DNA of 64,000 nt, from NCBI GenBank assembly GCA_963728915.1, contig CAVSLV010000002.1, positions 256,001 to 320,000 of the forward strand. Reading direction: 5' to 3'. This document shows positions 41,801 through 50,598 of the stretch, one piece after another. A model generated the notes under the pieces. The model searched no databases, was not told the origin of the DNA, and saw nothing but the letters and a program-made list of their open reading frames with translations. Position 1 is the first letter of the stretch. Each line of letters starts with the position of its first letter. Source of the stretch: an uncultured Gemmatimonadales bacterium (GTDB lineage Bacteria; Gemmatimonadota; Gemmatimonadetes; Gemmatimonadales; GWC2-71-9). The position numbers were made by a program, and so were the translations under genes.

Positions 41801-42370
41801 CTCGGCTTCGGCCTCTTTCCAGGGAATGAAGAGGGCCTTCGCGGCATCCCGTACCACCTGCGGCCCCGCGAGCGCCAGCAACGCACCGATCGCCACTCCC
41901 GCCGCCAGCATCACGCCGGCTCGTTGCACCCGGGAGCGCTCGAGTCCCCGGCCGGATTCGAGTTTCCGGATTTCCGCGAGGGCCCGTTCCACCACCGCGG
42001 CCGCCAGCCCGGGCGATTCCCGCTGCTCCTCGGGGACATCGATCTCATGCACGGCGCTGATCAGGGCCTGACGAAGCTCGGGTTCGCGCTCCTCGATGTA
42101 GAGGGCCAGTTGGCGATCGTCCGGCCGCCGGAACATCGGGATCACGACGTAGCGGATGATGGCCGCCGCAATCACCAGATACCCGACGACCCGGGCGACG
42201 ATCAGGGAATTGGAACCGGACCCCAGAACCGTGCTCACGACCATGGCGGCCGCTACCGCGAGGAACACAGCGCCGATGACCTTCACCGCACCTTCCAGCA
42301 GTACTCTGCCCAGCCTCCGGCGGCGCAGTCGCTCGACCGCTTGGCGAAGGGCCATGTCGATTCCACTCAT
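38801..42370 (-). CDS. Large membrane-anchored Ig-like plus coiled-coil protein (DUF4175-like)
   Basis: N-terminal TM helices, beta-rich middle (ASDDYGV), Q/E/R coiled coil, poly-Gly tracts and C-terminal PPEYRALVEEYYRSL. Confidence 0.8.
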   Translation of the reverse strand: MSGIDMALRQAVERLRRRRLGRVLLEGAVKVIGAVFLAVAAAMVVSTVLGSGSNSLIVARVVGYLVIAAAIIRYVVIPMFRRPDDRQLALYIEEREPELRQALISAVHEIDVPEEQRESPGLAAAVVERALAEIRKLESGRGLERSRVQRAGVMLAAGVAIGALLALAGPQVVRDAAKALFIPWKEAEAEPVVAISVTPGNASVPRGGAVQVEASLRGFESDGAELVMRADTASEWLRVPMQRDSAAGTFSARVFDLVRATEYFVESEGVKSPAYKLSVTDLPAVQSLALTLHYPAYTGLAPETMDPGGDVAALTGTTVRVRTTVTRAAKGASVRLDDGTVIPLAADSAGRWSGSFRIAKDGFYRVDLVAPDGTPVPGSLQYVIEALEDHKPTVRIEQPGRDTKVTSVEEVTIALAASDDYGVTGLELLYSVNGGPEQRVTVADSGKTSSADLRAARTLFLEEMSLKAGDLISYHATARDGAGNTGSSDIYFLEVRPFGRDYRQAESGGGGGGGGGADSPEGLSARQREVIAGTFNWLRDSSATVEKQRKEDLTTLAISQGRLKQDVQGLVRRLVERNVASSDTSFAKIKDELDAAGKEMQTAEEQLGTGKARDALPGEERALQHVQRAEAVYRDVQVQLGGGGGGGGGGAQQSRAEDLADLFELENDKLQNQYEQVQRERSQTAQQEVDAIAERLRQLAARQQQENERMQRAADALRDRTGQQSGAAGGGGGGGGGGGQRDLARQAEEEARRLERLAREQNNPQLAETARQLKDAADAMRKAGSDATGSAAQGGNALDRLRRATKDLENSRSNGLADQVRDLERRARDLAERQRDIAEQVRGLGGASPAERNQRLQRLDERKDGLAAEVDRLQSDAERAAREGRREQPGAAGRAGQAAEQLQSGRIRDRIVYSKGVMRGNSPDYANQFEGQITQGLSDAADKLREAVGALGESADDKRDRALDQARNLVRGLESMRDRTGGPADRRTGGQERGGQADRRTGGQEQGGQPGGQPGQAPGGQPGGQPGQGQGGGQAGQPRGGNQGGLGPNPMGGGGNPAGGGGGPITGEAARQLSREYRLRREAAESLRREVARQEGIELGELDRAIRGLRQLETGEPFRDPARMQDLQQSIIEGLKTWEFRLWRALTQNGDKGPAVGSPSQAPPEYRALVEEYYRSLSREKKPNPNPKP

Positions 42371-44400
42371 GGGGACTTCCTTTCCGGCGGGGCCGACAGC
42401 ACCGAGGCGGCGGTGCCTCTCCAGCCGCGATTGGCCACGAACCCTTCGAGCACCAGCAACACCAGGACAGCGGCGAGCAGCATCCGCCAGATTCCCTGAC
42501 GGGATTCCTGTTCGGTCGCGGCGAGCCGCTCACGCGGGACCGCGGTGGTGGAATCGCTCTGCCGAACCCCGATCAGCAGCTCGCGCGGGTCGGCGGGGGT
42601 CAGGTCCGACTCGGCGCTTGGGGGATTCACCGCGACCACGTCGAGCGGCTCACCGGCCGCGCGGTTCGCATAGGTCTGATAGAACCCGGCGTCCTCCAGC
42701 ACCACGGTGCAGGGCGCCGAGTCCGAAGCGGGCCGAACCAATTCGCCTCGTGGCGTCGCGATCACCGGCTCCCGGACTCCTCCAGGAACGATGCCGGTTT
42801 CTCCCGTGGTGCGCCAGAGGGGCGCCACCTGGTGCCCCGCGGCATACACCGCGAGCCGGCGCACGAAGGGGAGAAACGCCGGCTGGAGCGGGAAGTCGCC
42901 GGTAAGGTTGTCGAGCGGCGCAGCGACCAGAAGCACCCGGCCCTCTCCGATCGAGCGTTCCAGCAGGAGGGGCGCGCCATCATCGAAGCGTGCCAGGACC
43001 TGGCTGCTGTCGATCGGGGCGATCCTGGGATAGCGCAGGAACCGGGCGGCTCCCAGCACCGCGGTTCCGCTTTCCTTGAATGGCGAGAACACCGGGTGAT
43101 CCACCGAGACTTCACCGAACGAACCGCCGCCGTCCCCCAGGCGCTCCACTATGCCGGTCGCGGTGCCGGGAAGGAGACCGCTGGCGCCGTTGCCGAGTCG
43201 CGGACCCGCCGCCACGATCAGGCCGCCCCCGTCGCGAACCCAGGGCACGAGGAGCCCTTCGGGGGGGCGACTGTCGAACCAGAGCACCACGCTCGCTCCC
43301 CGGAGCGCCGCCGCATCGAGCCCCTGGCGCGGCTCGACCGTGAAGCGCGGCTCCCGCCCGATGCCTAACGCGCGTTCCGCGAACAGAATGTCCTCCGACC
43401 CGCCGACCATGAGGACCCGGAGCCCCGTCTCCGCGGGCACCACCAGACGCAGGGTGTCGTCCGCGGGGAGCGCATCCGGCTCGAGGCTCACCACCGCCCG
43501 GGCCCGTCCCGACGCGAGCGGCACCGGATCGAAGGAGACGGTGACCACCCCGTCGGCGGGCATCGAAGCTTCCTTGCTGCCGACCGAGCGGCCGTCCACC
43601 GCGAGCATAACCCGCGCGCGCCGGGCCGCCCCCAGGTCCCGGGCCCGGACCCGGGCGGTCACCAGGAGCTCGGAGCGGTCGCCCGAGGGAAGCCGCTGCA
43701 CCTCGGCGCCCAGGACCGACAGGTTGCCCCGGTCCCGCGCGGCGACCGAAACGGTGCGCACCGTGGTCCCAGCGGGCAGCTCGACTCCGGCCAGCCCGGC
43801 GAGGCCGCTCCGCTGGAGATCGGTGATCACCACGATTTCGCGGGGATCGCCCACGCCGACCAGCGCCTGCCGGGCCGCGCGCAGCCCCGCCGCGTAACGA
43901 GTGCCCCGGCTGGTCGGCCTGGTGGTGTTGATTGCAGCCAGCGCGGTCGCGTGGTCGGTGGTGAGGGCCTGGGCCAATTCGGTCTGCTCGTCGAACCGGA
44001 CCACCGCAACCCGGTCCTTGGCGCCGAGCGACCGCACCAGAGCCGCGGCCGAGTCGAGCGCGGCCGGCCACACGGCTCGATGGCCCATGCTGAGCGAGCG
44101 ATCGAGGAGCACCACCACCGCCCGCGCCCGTGCCGCCGCGACAGCCTCGGCATTCTGCCTGAAAAACGGGCGCGAGAAGGCCAGGACCAGCAGCGCCACG
44201 GCGGCAGCTCGGAGCAGGAGCAGCAGCCAGTCGGTGATCCGGCGGCGGCGCGCGGTGCGGATCGGGATCTTCCGGAGGAACATGAGCGACGGGAATCGGT
44301 GAGGCCGCTCCCATTCCCGGTGTCGAAGATGGATGAACACCGGGATCGCGAGGGCCGCGAGGCCCGCGAGAAAAAGCGGAACCAGGAATCCGAGGCCCAT
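42367..44400 (-). CDS. BatA N-terminal domain plus VWA domain membrane protein
   Basis: FL.PLFLAGLAALAIPVFIHL, FPSLMFL, LLLLRA..V.LLVLAFSRP, MIDAS DRSLS and C-terminal ESDL..TM. Confidence 0.9.
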   Translation of the reverse strand: MGLGFLVPLFLAGLAALAIPVFIHLRHREWERPHRFPSLMFLRKIPIRTARRRRITDWLLLLLRAAAVALLVLAFSRPFFRQNAEAVAAARARAVVVLLDRSLSMGHRAVWPAALDSAAALVRSLGAKDRVAVVRFDEQTELAQALTTDHATALAAINTTRPTSRGTRYAAGLRAARQALVGVGDPREIVVITDLQRSGLAGLAGVELPAGTTVRTVSVAARDRGNLSVLGAEVQRLPSGDRSELLVTARVRARDLGAARRARVMLAVDGRSVGSKEASMPADGVVTVSFDPVPLASGRARAVVSLEPDALPADDTLRLVVPAETGLRVLMVGGSEDILFAERALGIGREPRFTVEPRQGLDAAALRGASVVLWFDSRPPEGLLVPWVRDGGGLIVAAGPRLGNGASGLLPGTATGIVERLGDGGGSFGEVSVDHPVFSPFKESGTAVLGAARFLRYPRIAPIDSSQVLARFDDGAPLLLERSIGEGRVLLVAAPLDNLTGDFPLQPAFLPFVRRLAVYAAGHQVAPLWRTTGETGIVPGGVREPVIATPRGELVRPASDSAPCTVVLEDAGFYQTYANRAAGEPLDVVAVNPPSAESDLTPADPRELLIGVRQSDSTTAVPRERLAATEQESRQGIWRMLLAAVLVLLVLEGFVANRGWRGTAASVLSAPPERKSP

Positions 44401-45302
44401 TACCTGACCCGGCTGGTGGCGAGACGGTTCTCGAGGTACGCGTGGAGGGCGACATCGAGCGGCTGGGTGGTCAGGAGCGGCACGTAGTCCACCCGGTCCT
44501 GGCCGAGGAGCCGGGCCAGCTCACGCCGGTGGGCTTCGACCTCGGCCTGATACTTCGGCCGCAGTACTTCGGGCCGGAGCGGCAGGCGCTCACCCGATTC
44601 GGCATCTTCGTAGGTGATCGGGGCGTCGCCGGGCAGGTCCCGCTCGGCGGGATCCTGAACGTGAAAAAGCACGACGTCGTGCCCCCGCCCGCGCAGGGCG
44701 CCGATGCTGTGCTGCACCAGCGCGGGGTCCTCGTAGCAATCCGAGATCACCACCACGATCCCGGCGCGGGTCATGAGTCGCGCGGCGCGCTCCAGGATCG
44801 GCGCGAACCGCCCCGCCCCCGCGGCTCGAGATCGTCCCAACGTGTGCAAGAGCAGCTGGAGATGCCGAGTCGATGGCGGCACCACGTCGATCAGGTCTTC
44901 GGAGAAGGTGACCAGACCGATCCGATCGCCCTGCCGCTGCGAGAGCCAGGCGAGGCAAGCCACCAGCACGCGGCTGTAGTGAAACTTGGTGATCGGGCCG
45001 CTGGCGAAATCCATCGACGCCGACGCATCCAGCGCGAAGATCACCGTGGCGTTGGTGTCGGCCTCGTATTCCTTGACGTAATGGCGATCGGTGCGGCCGT
45101 AGACCCGCCAGTCGATCCGGCGGATGTCGTCGCCCGGCTGATAGGCCCGGTGCTCGGCGAAATCGAGAGACAGGCCGACCCGGCGGGACCGGTGCAGCCC
45201 GTGCATGAAGCCGTCCACCACGGTGCGCGCCAGCAGCGGCAGGTCGCCGATCCGCGCGAGCAGCGCGGGGTCGAGCAGGGCGGCCGGCGCGGTCACGGTC
45301 AT
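44400..45302 (-). CDS. DUF58 protein (VWA-like partner of MoxR)
   Basis: DFAEHRAYQPGDDIRRIDW.VYGRT and LDASASM. Confidence 0.93.
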   Translation of the reverse strand: MTVTAPAALLDPALLARIGDLPLLARTVVDGFMHGLHRSRRVGLSLDFAEHRAYQPGDDIRRIDWRVYGRTDRHYVKEYEADTNATVIFALDASASMDFASGPITKFHYSRVLVACLAWLSQRQGDRIGLVTFSEDLIDVVPPSTRHLQLLLHTLGRSRAAGAGRFAPILERAARLMTRAGIVVVISDCYEDPALVQHSIGALRGRGHDVVLFHVQDPAERDLPGDAPITYEDAESGERLPLRPEVLRPKYQAEVEAHRRELARLLGQDRVDYVPLLTTQPLDVALHAYLENRLATSRVR

Positions 45303-46336
45303 CCTAACCCGGAGCGGGGCGTGGGCACCGCGGCGAGCAGCCGTTCGACCAGCTGCTCGGAGGTGACCCGCTCGGACTGGGCCTGGAAGTTGAGCAGGAG
45401 CCGGTGCCGGAACACCGCGGGCGCGAGCGCCTGGATGTCGTCGAAGCTCACGTGGGCCCGGCCCTGGAGCAGGGCTCGCGCCTTGCCGCCCAGGATCAGC
45501 GCCTGGGGCGCCCGGACGCTGGTCCCGTAGGCGACGTACTGCCGGATGAAGTCCGGGGAACCGCTGTCCACCGGGCGGCTCATCCGGGAGAGCTGCACCG
45601 CGTACTCGATCACCGGGTCGGCGACCGGCACCCGTCGCACCAGCGCCTGATAGGCGAGGATCTCGTCGCGCGATACCACCGGGGTGATCGGCTCCGGCGC
45701 GGCCCGGGTGGTCGCCCGAACGATCGCCACCTCTTCATGGGCGGGGGAGTAGGTCATCACCACCTCGAAGAGGAACCGGTCGAGCTGCGCCTCCGGAAGG
45801 GGGTAGGTCCCTTCCAGCTCGATCGGGTTCTGGGTCGCGAACACGAAGAAGGGCGGCTCCAGCTCATAGGTCTTCCCCATCACGGTCACCCGGTGCTCCT
45901 GCATCGCCTCGAGGAGCGCGGCCTGGGTCTTGGGCGGTGTCCGGTTGATCTCGTCGGCCAGGACCACGTTCGCGAAGATCGGTCCCCGCATGAACACCAG
46001 ATGGCGTTTGCCGGTCGCGGGATCGTCCTGGATCACGTCGGTACCGGTGACATCCGAGGGCATCAGGTCGGGGGTGAACTGGATCCGGGAAAATTTGAGA
46101 TCGAGGGCGCGGGCCAGGGAGTGGATCAGCAGGGTCTTGGCGAGGCCGGGCACCCCGACGACGAGACAGTTGCCCCCGGCGAGCAGGGCCACCAGCGCCT
46201 GCTCGATGACGGCGTCCTGGCCCACGATGATCTTGCGCAGCTCGGCGAGGATCCGGCCCCGCGCGGCGGACAGCCGCTCGGCGAGGGCGAGATCGTCCCG
46301 GGATTCGAGCGCGGCTCCGGTCGGTGCGGCGGTCAC
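45299..46336 (-). CDS. moxR: MoxR family AAA+ ATPase
   Basis: GVPGLAKT, RIQFTPDLMPSD, LADEINRTPPKTQ and ATQNPIELEGTYPLPEAQLDRF. Confidence 0.95.
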   Translation of the reverse strand: MTAAPTGAALESRDDLALAERLSAARGRILAELRKIIVGQDAVIEQALVALLAGGNCLVVGVPGLAKTLLIHSLARALDLKFSRIQFTPDLMPSDVTGTDVIQDDPATGKRHLVFMRGPIFANVVLADEINRTPPKTQAALLEAMQEHRVTVMGKTYELEPPFFVFATQNPIELEGTYPLPEAQLDRFLFEVVMTYSPAHEEVAIVRATTRAAPEPITPVVSRDEILAYQALVRRVPVADPVIEYAVQLSRMSRPVDSGSPDFIRQYVAYGTSVRAPQALILGGKARALLQGRAHVSFDDIQALAPAVFRHRLLLNFQAQSERVTSEQLVERLLAAVPTPRSGLG

Positions 46337-46350
46337 GAGCGTCCTTTCGG

Positions 46351-47181
46351 TCAGCGGGAGAGCGTGTAGAGCACGTAGTTGATGCCCAGCTTGTACGCGG
46401 TATTGGTGAGATCGACCGGAAAGAGCCCCTCGTCGGAGAACTCCCAGAACTCGCTCACGTCGTAATCGTAGTTCACGATCGCCATCATCCGCTTGCTCGG
46501 ATCGTTGTCCTCGAAAAAGCCGTAGAACTTCGCGGTGATTCCGGGGTAGTATGGATGGATGAAGTCCAGCGATTCGATCCGGTAGAACGAGTCGAAGATC
46601 GGGTGGTCCTTGGCGAGCGGGATCGGGCGCAGGGTCGGGAAGACCCGCCGCATCTGTTCCTCGAAGTTGTACCAGTGGTTCCCGACGAAGTCGTCGATGA
46701 CGAGGAAGCCCCCCTTGAGGAGATAGTCCCGCATCCCAAGGACCTCCTGGTCGTTCGGCATCCAGTACCCCGGCTCGCAGAGGTAGGCCCAGGGGTACCG
46801 GAACAGCGCGGGGTCGTCCAGCGTCACGATGGCGCTCGAGTCGGTTCGCACCCGCATCGTGGTCAGCTCCTGGAGGAGCTTGGGAAAGTGGAAGTCGGAC
46901 TTGGGATAGTCGTGGCCCCACTTCACGTCGCGGTACTGGCCGTTGTAGACGCAACAGGTCTGGGTGAACCGGATCCGGGCATAGGTGAACCGCCCGTCGT
47001 AGTGCGGGTTAGGCGGGGCGGAGAGCGCCTCTTCCCCGTTCACCCGCCAGTAGCCGCGCTGGGCCATGACCTCCCCGGTCCCGCCCGCCGCGAGCATCAG
47101 CAGCAGGACACTGAGCTTCCTGACCGGCCGGGGATTCCCGGTCCACCCGTCCGCCCGTCCGCCTGTCCGCCTGTCCGCCAT
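46351..47181 (-). CDS. Exported DUF4159-like protein
   Basis: YDGRFTYARIRF, WGHDYP, YLLKGGFLVIDDF, HPIFDSFY and AYKLGINYVLY. Confidence 0.85.
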   Translation of the reverse strand: MADRRTGGRADGWTGNPRPVRKLSVLLLMLAAGGTGEVMAQRGYWRVNGEEALSAPPNPHYDGRFTYARIRFTQTCCVYNGQYRDVKWGHDYPKSDFHFPKLLQELTTMRVRTDSSAIVTLDDPALFRYPWAYLCEPGYWMPNDQEVLGMRDYLLKGGFLVIDDFVGNHWYNFEEQMRRVFPTLRPIPLAKDHPIFDSFYRIESLDFIHPYYPGITAKFYGFFEDNDPSKRMMAIVNYDYDVSEFWEFSDEGLFPVDLTNTAYKLGINYVLYTLSR

Positions 47182-47182
47182 A

Positions 47183-49675
47183 TCACCCCTCCGGCCGGCG
47201 ATTCGCCAGCTCGAGCAGCAAGGCCTGCGCCTTTTCGAAACCCGGCGCGTTCTCAAGCACCTGTAACACTTCGCGGCGGGCCCCGGCAGGATCCCCCGCG
47301 GCGAGCAGCGCGCGGGCCAGTTGATAGCGCGCTTCCGAGACGTCCGCCGGTCCCGCGGCGAGCACCGCCCGCCGCTCCCGGAGCGCGGTTCGATGGTCGC
47401 CCAGACGCTCCGCCACCGTGGCGAGCCGCTCATGCAGCGACGCCTCTCCCGGAGAAATCCAGATCATGCGCTCCAGCACTTTTTGCTCCCCCGGCCAGTC
47501 CTGGAGCTCCTCCCGGAGCTTCGCCTCCCGCTGATTGGCCTCCCAGCTCGACTCGTCCACCGCATTGTAGCGCTCCAGGAGATCAGCCGCGCCTTTGCGA
47601 TCCCCCTGCTCCGCCCGGATACCGGCCAGGAGCACGAGCGGGGCGTCTTCTCCGGTGTACTCGGGAAACATCGCCACCGCCCGTTCGAGCTTGGGCCGAG
47701 CCTCTTCCGGCTTGCCGGCCTGAAGAGAAGCCTCGGCGGCGCGAAGCAGGGTCACGAATTGACCCTCGGGCGCCGATCGCCCGTCCCAGGGGTCCACGCC
47801 CGCGAGGGCCGGGGCGAACCGTTCCCTGGTCCAGGTCACGAACCGACGGCCCAGCTCGTCTTCGGTGACGCCGAGGACTCTCTGGAAGACGCCCGGCGTA
47901 TCGAGCCCGTCGCGGTAGGCGCGGAGCATCCCCACCAGCGCCTTCCGGCCCCATTGCTCCTCGATCAGCTGACAGACCAGCGAAGCCTGGTAGTAGCTGA
48001 ACTGGATTTCGGCGGGATGGCGAGGCCGGACGAATCCCTCGTTGAGCCGGTTCATCGCGAGCAGCCTGTCGCCCTTGAACGCGGCCAGAAATGCCAGCGA
48101 CGGGCCTGCGCCCCAGCCGGTCCGGGCCCGGCGCTCCTCGAGCACCGACAGGCCTTCCGAAAACCAGCGCGGCACCTTGTGGGCCGAAAGACCCAGCGTG
48201 AAGGTGTGGGCCAGCTCGTGCCAGGCGGTCGAGCCCCAGTTGAAATCCCCCGCCGCGCGGGCCGAGGGCGCATCCATGGCGAGCACGGTGCCGAAGCTGA
48301 CCCCGAGCGCCCCTAACCCGGTGAGGCCCGCGGTCCGCACCGAAAAGTCCGGGTGACGACCGTAGAGCTCGATCCGCACCGGAGTGGGCGGTCGGTACTC
48401 GTAACGGGCCGCGAAGGTATCGTAGGCTTCTTCGAGCAAGGGCGCGAGATACAGCGCGAGCAGATCGGCCTGGGCGGCCGGGGCCACGATCTGGAACCTC
48501 CCGGTCGTGATGGTCCGGTACCTGGCCAGCGCGTCGAGCAGATCGAGGGTGTTCTTGTACCAGACGTGAAACGGGTCGTGCGCGAAGGCCCGCTCGAGGT
48601 GAACCCGGCCCGAATCCATGGCGCCGACCCGAAGCTCATTCATGCCCAGCACCCCCAGCGCCTCGGGAGACGCGGAGTCGCTGGCCACCGCCTCGCGACC
48701 GAGCCGAACCGCCCCGGCGTATTGCCGGTGCCGGGCGGTCCACTCCGCGATCGTCGCGTAAAAGGCGGCGGGCCGTGGATGGAAGCGGCGGGCCTCCGCC
48801 GCGGCGCCGGCGAATCGGGCCGAATCCCCGCCCAACAACGCCACCGCCCCGAGCAAGGCCCACCCGCCTAACGCGCTCGAGTCCACCGCGAGGGCCCGCC
48901 GCCCCGCCGCCGCCGCGGAATCGTGGGCTTCGGCGTCGAGGAACAGCTCACCCTGGAGCACCAGCGCGGGGACCAGCGCGGGATTGATCTTGAGACTCCG
49001 CTGGACCGTTTGAAACGCGCCGGGTTTTCCCTGAAACTGCTCCACCCGGGCCATGCCGAGGAGTGCGCGAGCGTTCTCCGGCGCCAGCTTCAGCACCTCC
49101 TGGTAACTCGCCTCGGCGTCCGGCGCGTTGTAGTGATCGAGGAACAGATCGCCGGTGCGAAGCCGGGGCTCGATCAGGCCACTGTCGACGGCAATCGCCG
49201 AGTCGAAGGCGCGGAGCGCGGCCCGGGCCGCCTCCGCGTCGCCGGGCGCGAGCACCACATAGGCCCGCCCCGCGGCGACCCGGTCCATCGGGGGCCAGCG
49301 ATCGCCGTCCCGCTCATACGAGGCAGCAAGCCCATCGGCCAGACGATGCGCGGTCGTCGCATCGCCGCGCCGGGCCGCGAGCTCGGCGAGCGCCGCCTGC
49401 GCGGTCCGCTGGTCCGGTCCGGCCCCGCGCGCCACGGCGGCAAACGCGGACTCGGCGGCGGCGAGCCGGCCCTGGAGCGCGAGAACTTCGCCCAGGGGGA
49501 GCAGCAGCGCGGGCCCGCCGTCGCGGGCCAGGCGTTCCGCCTCGGCAAGGCGGCCGGTTTCGGCGAGGGACCTCACCCGCGCCGCCGGCGACTGGGCCGC
49601 CTGCCCGGCCGGGGCCCGCGCTCCCGTCATGCCGAGGGCGAGCATCATCGCAGCGATCCGGACCGAGGCGCTCAC
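47183..49675 (-). CDS. Exported TPR protein with gluzincin (peptidase MA-like) domain
   Basis: WHELAH (HExxH) followed by PRWFSEGL, flanked by TPR repeats. Confidence 0.85.
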   Translation of the reverse strand: MSASVRIAAMMLALGMTGARAPAGQAAQSPAARVRSLAETGRLAEAERLARDGGPALLLPLGEVLALQGRLAAAESAFAAVARGAGPDQRTAQAALAELAARRGDATTAHRLADGLAASYERDGDRWPPMDRVAAGRAYVVLAPGDAEAARAALRAFDSAIAVDSGLIEPRLRTGDLFLDHYNAPDAEASYQEVLKLAPENARALLGMARVEQFQGKPGAFQTVQRSLKINPALVPALVLQGELFLDAEAHDSAAAAGRRALAVDSSALGGWALLGAVALLGGDSARFAGAAAEARRFHPRPAAFYATIAEWTARHRQYAGAVRLGREAVASDSASPEALGVLGMNELRVGAMDSGRVHLERAFAHDPFHVWYKNTLDLLDALARYRTITTGRFQIVAPAAQADLLALYLAPLLEEAYDTFAARYEYRPPTPVRIELYGRHPDFSVRTAGLTGLGALGVSFGTVLAMDAPSARAAGDFNWGSTAWHELAHTFTLGLSAHKVPRWFSEGLSVLEERRARTGWGAGPSLAFLAAFKGDRLLAMNRLNEGFVRPRHPAEIQFSYYQASLVCQLIEEQWGRKALVGMLRAYRDGLDTPGVFQRVLGVTEDELGRRFVTWTRERFAPALAGVDPWDGRSAPEGQFVTLLRAAEASLQAGKPEEARPKLERAVAMFPEYTGEDAPLVLLAGIRAEQGDRKGAADLLERYNAVDESSWEANQREAKLREELQDWPGEQKVLERMIWISPGEASLHERLATVAERLGDHRTALRERRAVLAAGPADVSEARYQLARALLAAGDPAGARREVLQVLENAPGFEKAQALLLELANRRPEG

Positions 49676-50598
49676 GGCTTCCCCTCCAGCGCCTTGATCG
49701 CGGCGGTCTTCTCGGCGACCAGCAGAAGCAGCCGCTCGAGCTCGTGCTCGTACGCCACCGAGTCCATCGCGGCCTTCCGGCGGCGCAGCGCATCCACCTG
49801 GGCTTCCAGGGTCCGCCGCTCCGCGATCAGCCCGGCTACCCGGGGATCGGCGGGCGGAGCCGCGGTCTCCAGCGCGACGGTGCGGGCGAGGGTGGAATCG
49901 CTGAGCTGGGCATGCTCGGTCTGGAGCAGCCCTTTGGATTCGTAGCGCTTGGCCACCTCGCGACGGGCGTATTGAAACGCCTCGAGCATCGAGACCCGGC
50001 CGTCCTTGTCGGTGTCGGCGTCCCCGGTCAGTCCTTTCACGAAGATCCCGGCGAACACCGACTCGTTGCGCTCGAAGGCGCTCTTGGTCGCGGTGATCAC
50101 CAGCCGGTCCGGCCCGCCCACCGCCGCCACGAAATCGCCGCTCCCAGTGGCCGCGTTCACCAGCACGGTGGTGCGTCCGGCGAGCGGCTTGATCCAGTCG
50201 GCGAAGTCCGCGGCGCTGGGATCCGGACCGGGGAGACTCAAACGCGACTCCGCCCCCTGCCCGCTCCCGTGTCCCAGGAGAAGCACCAGCACCAGGTCAC
50301 CGGGCCGGCTTGTGCGGGTTAATCGCCCGAAGGCCTCACCGAGCGCTTCACGGGAAGCCTTGCCCCGGATCCGGGCCGGATCCGCCGCGGGATCCTCGGC
50401 GAGGTAGACCAGACTGGAATCGGCGACCCCCCAGCGCGTTTTCGCCGCGTCGAAGACTTGCGAAGCGGCGGCGTGAAACGCCGAGGCGTATTGAGGCTCC
50501 CCCGAGAGCCCCGAGACGATGAGCACATGGGTCGCGGGACCCTGCTGGGCCGATGCACTCGCCAGGAGGAGCGTCAGGAAGCGAGCCGGCCCGATCAC
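49672..50598 (-). CDS. Exported hypothetical protein with caspase/legumain-like (clan CD) fold
   Basis: DLVLVLLLGHGS, LVNAATGSGDF, LVITAT and the EF-hand-like ADTDKDGRVSMLEAF. Confidence 0.65.
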   Translation of the reverse strand: MIGPARFLTLLLASASAQQGPATHVLIVSGLSGEPQYASAFHAAASQVFDAAKTRWGVADSSLVYLAEDPAADPARIRGKASREALGEAFGRLTRTSRPGDLVLVLLLGHGSGQGAESRLSLPGPDPSAADFADWIKPLAGRTTVLVNAATGSGDFVAAVGGPDRLVITATKSAFERNESVFAGIFVKGLTGDADTDKDGRVSMLEAFQYARREVAKRYESKGLLQTEHAQLSDSTLARTVALETAAPPADPRVAGLIAERRTLEAQVDALRRRKAAMDSVAYEHELERLLLLVAEKTAAIKALEGKP

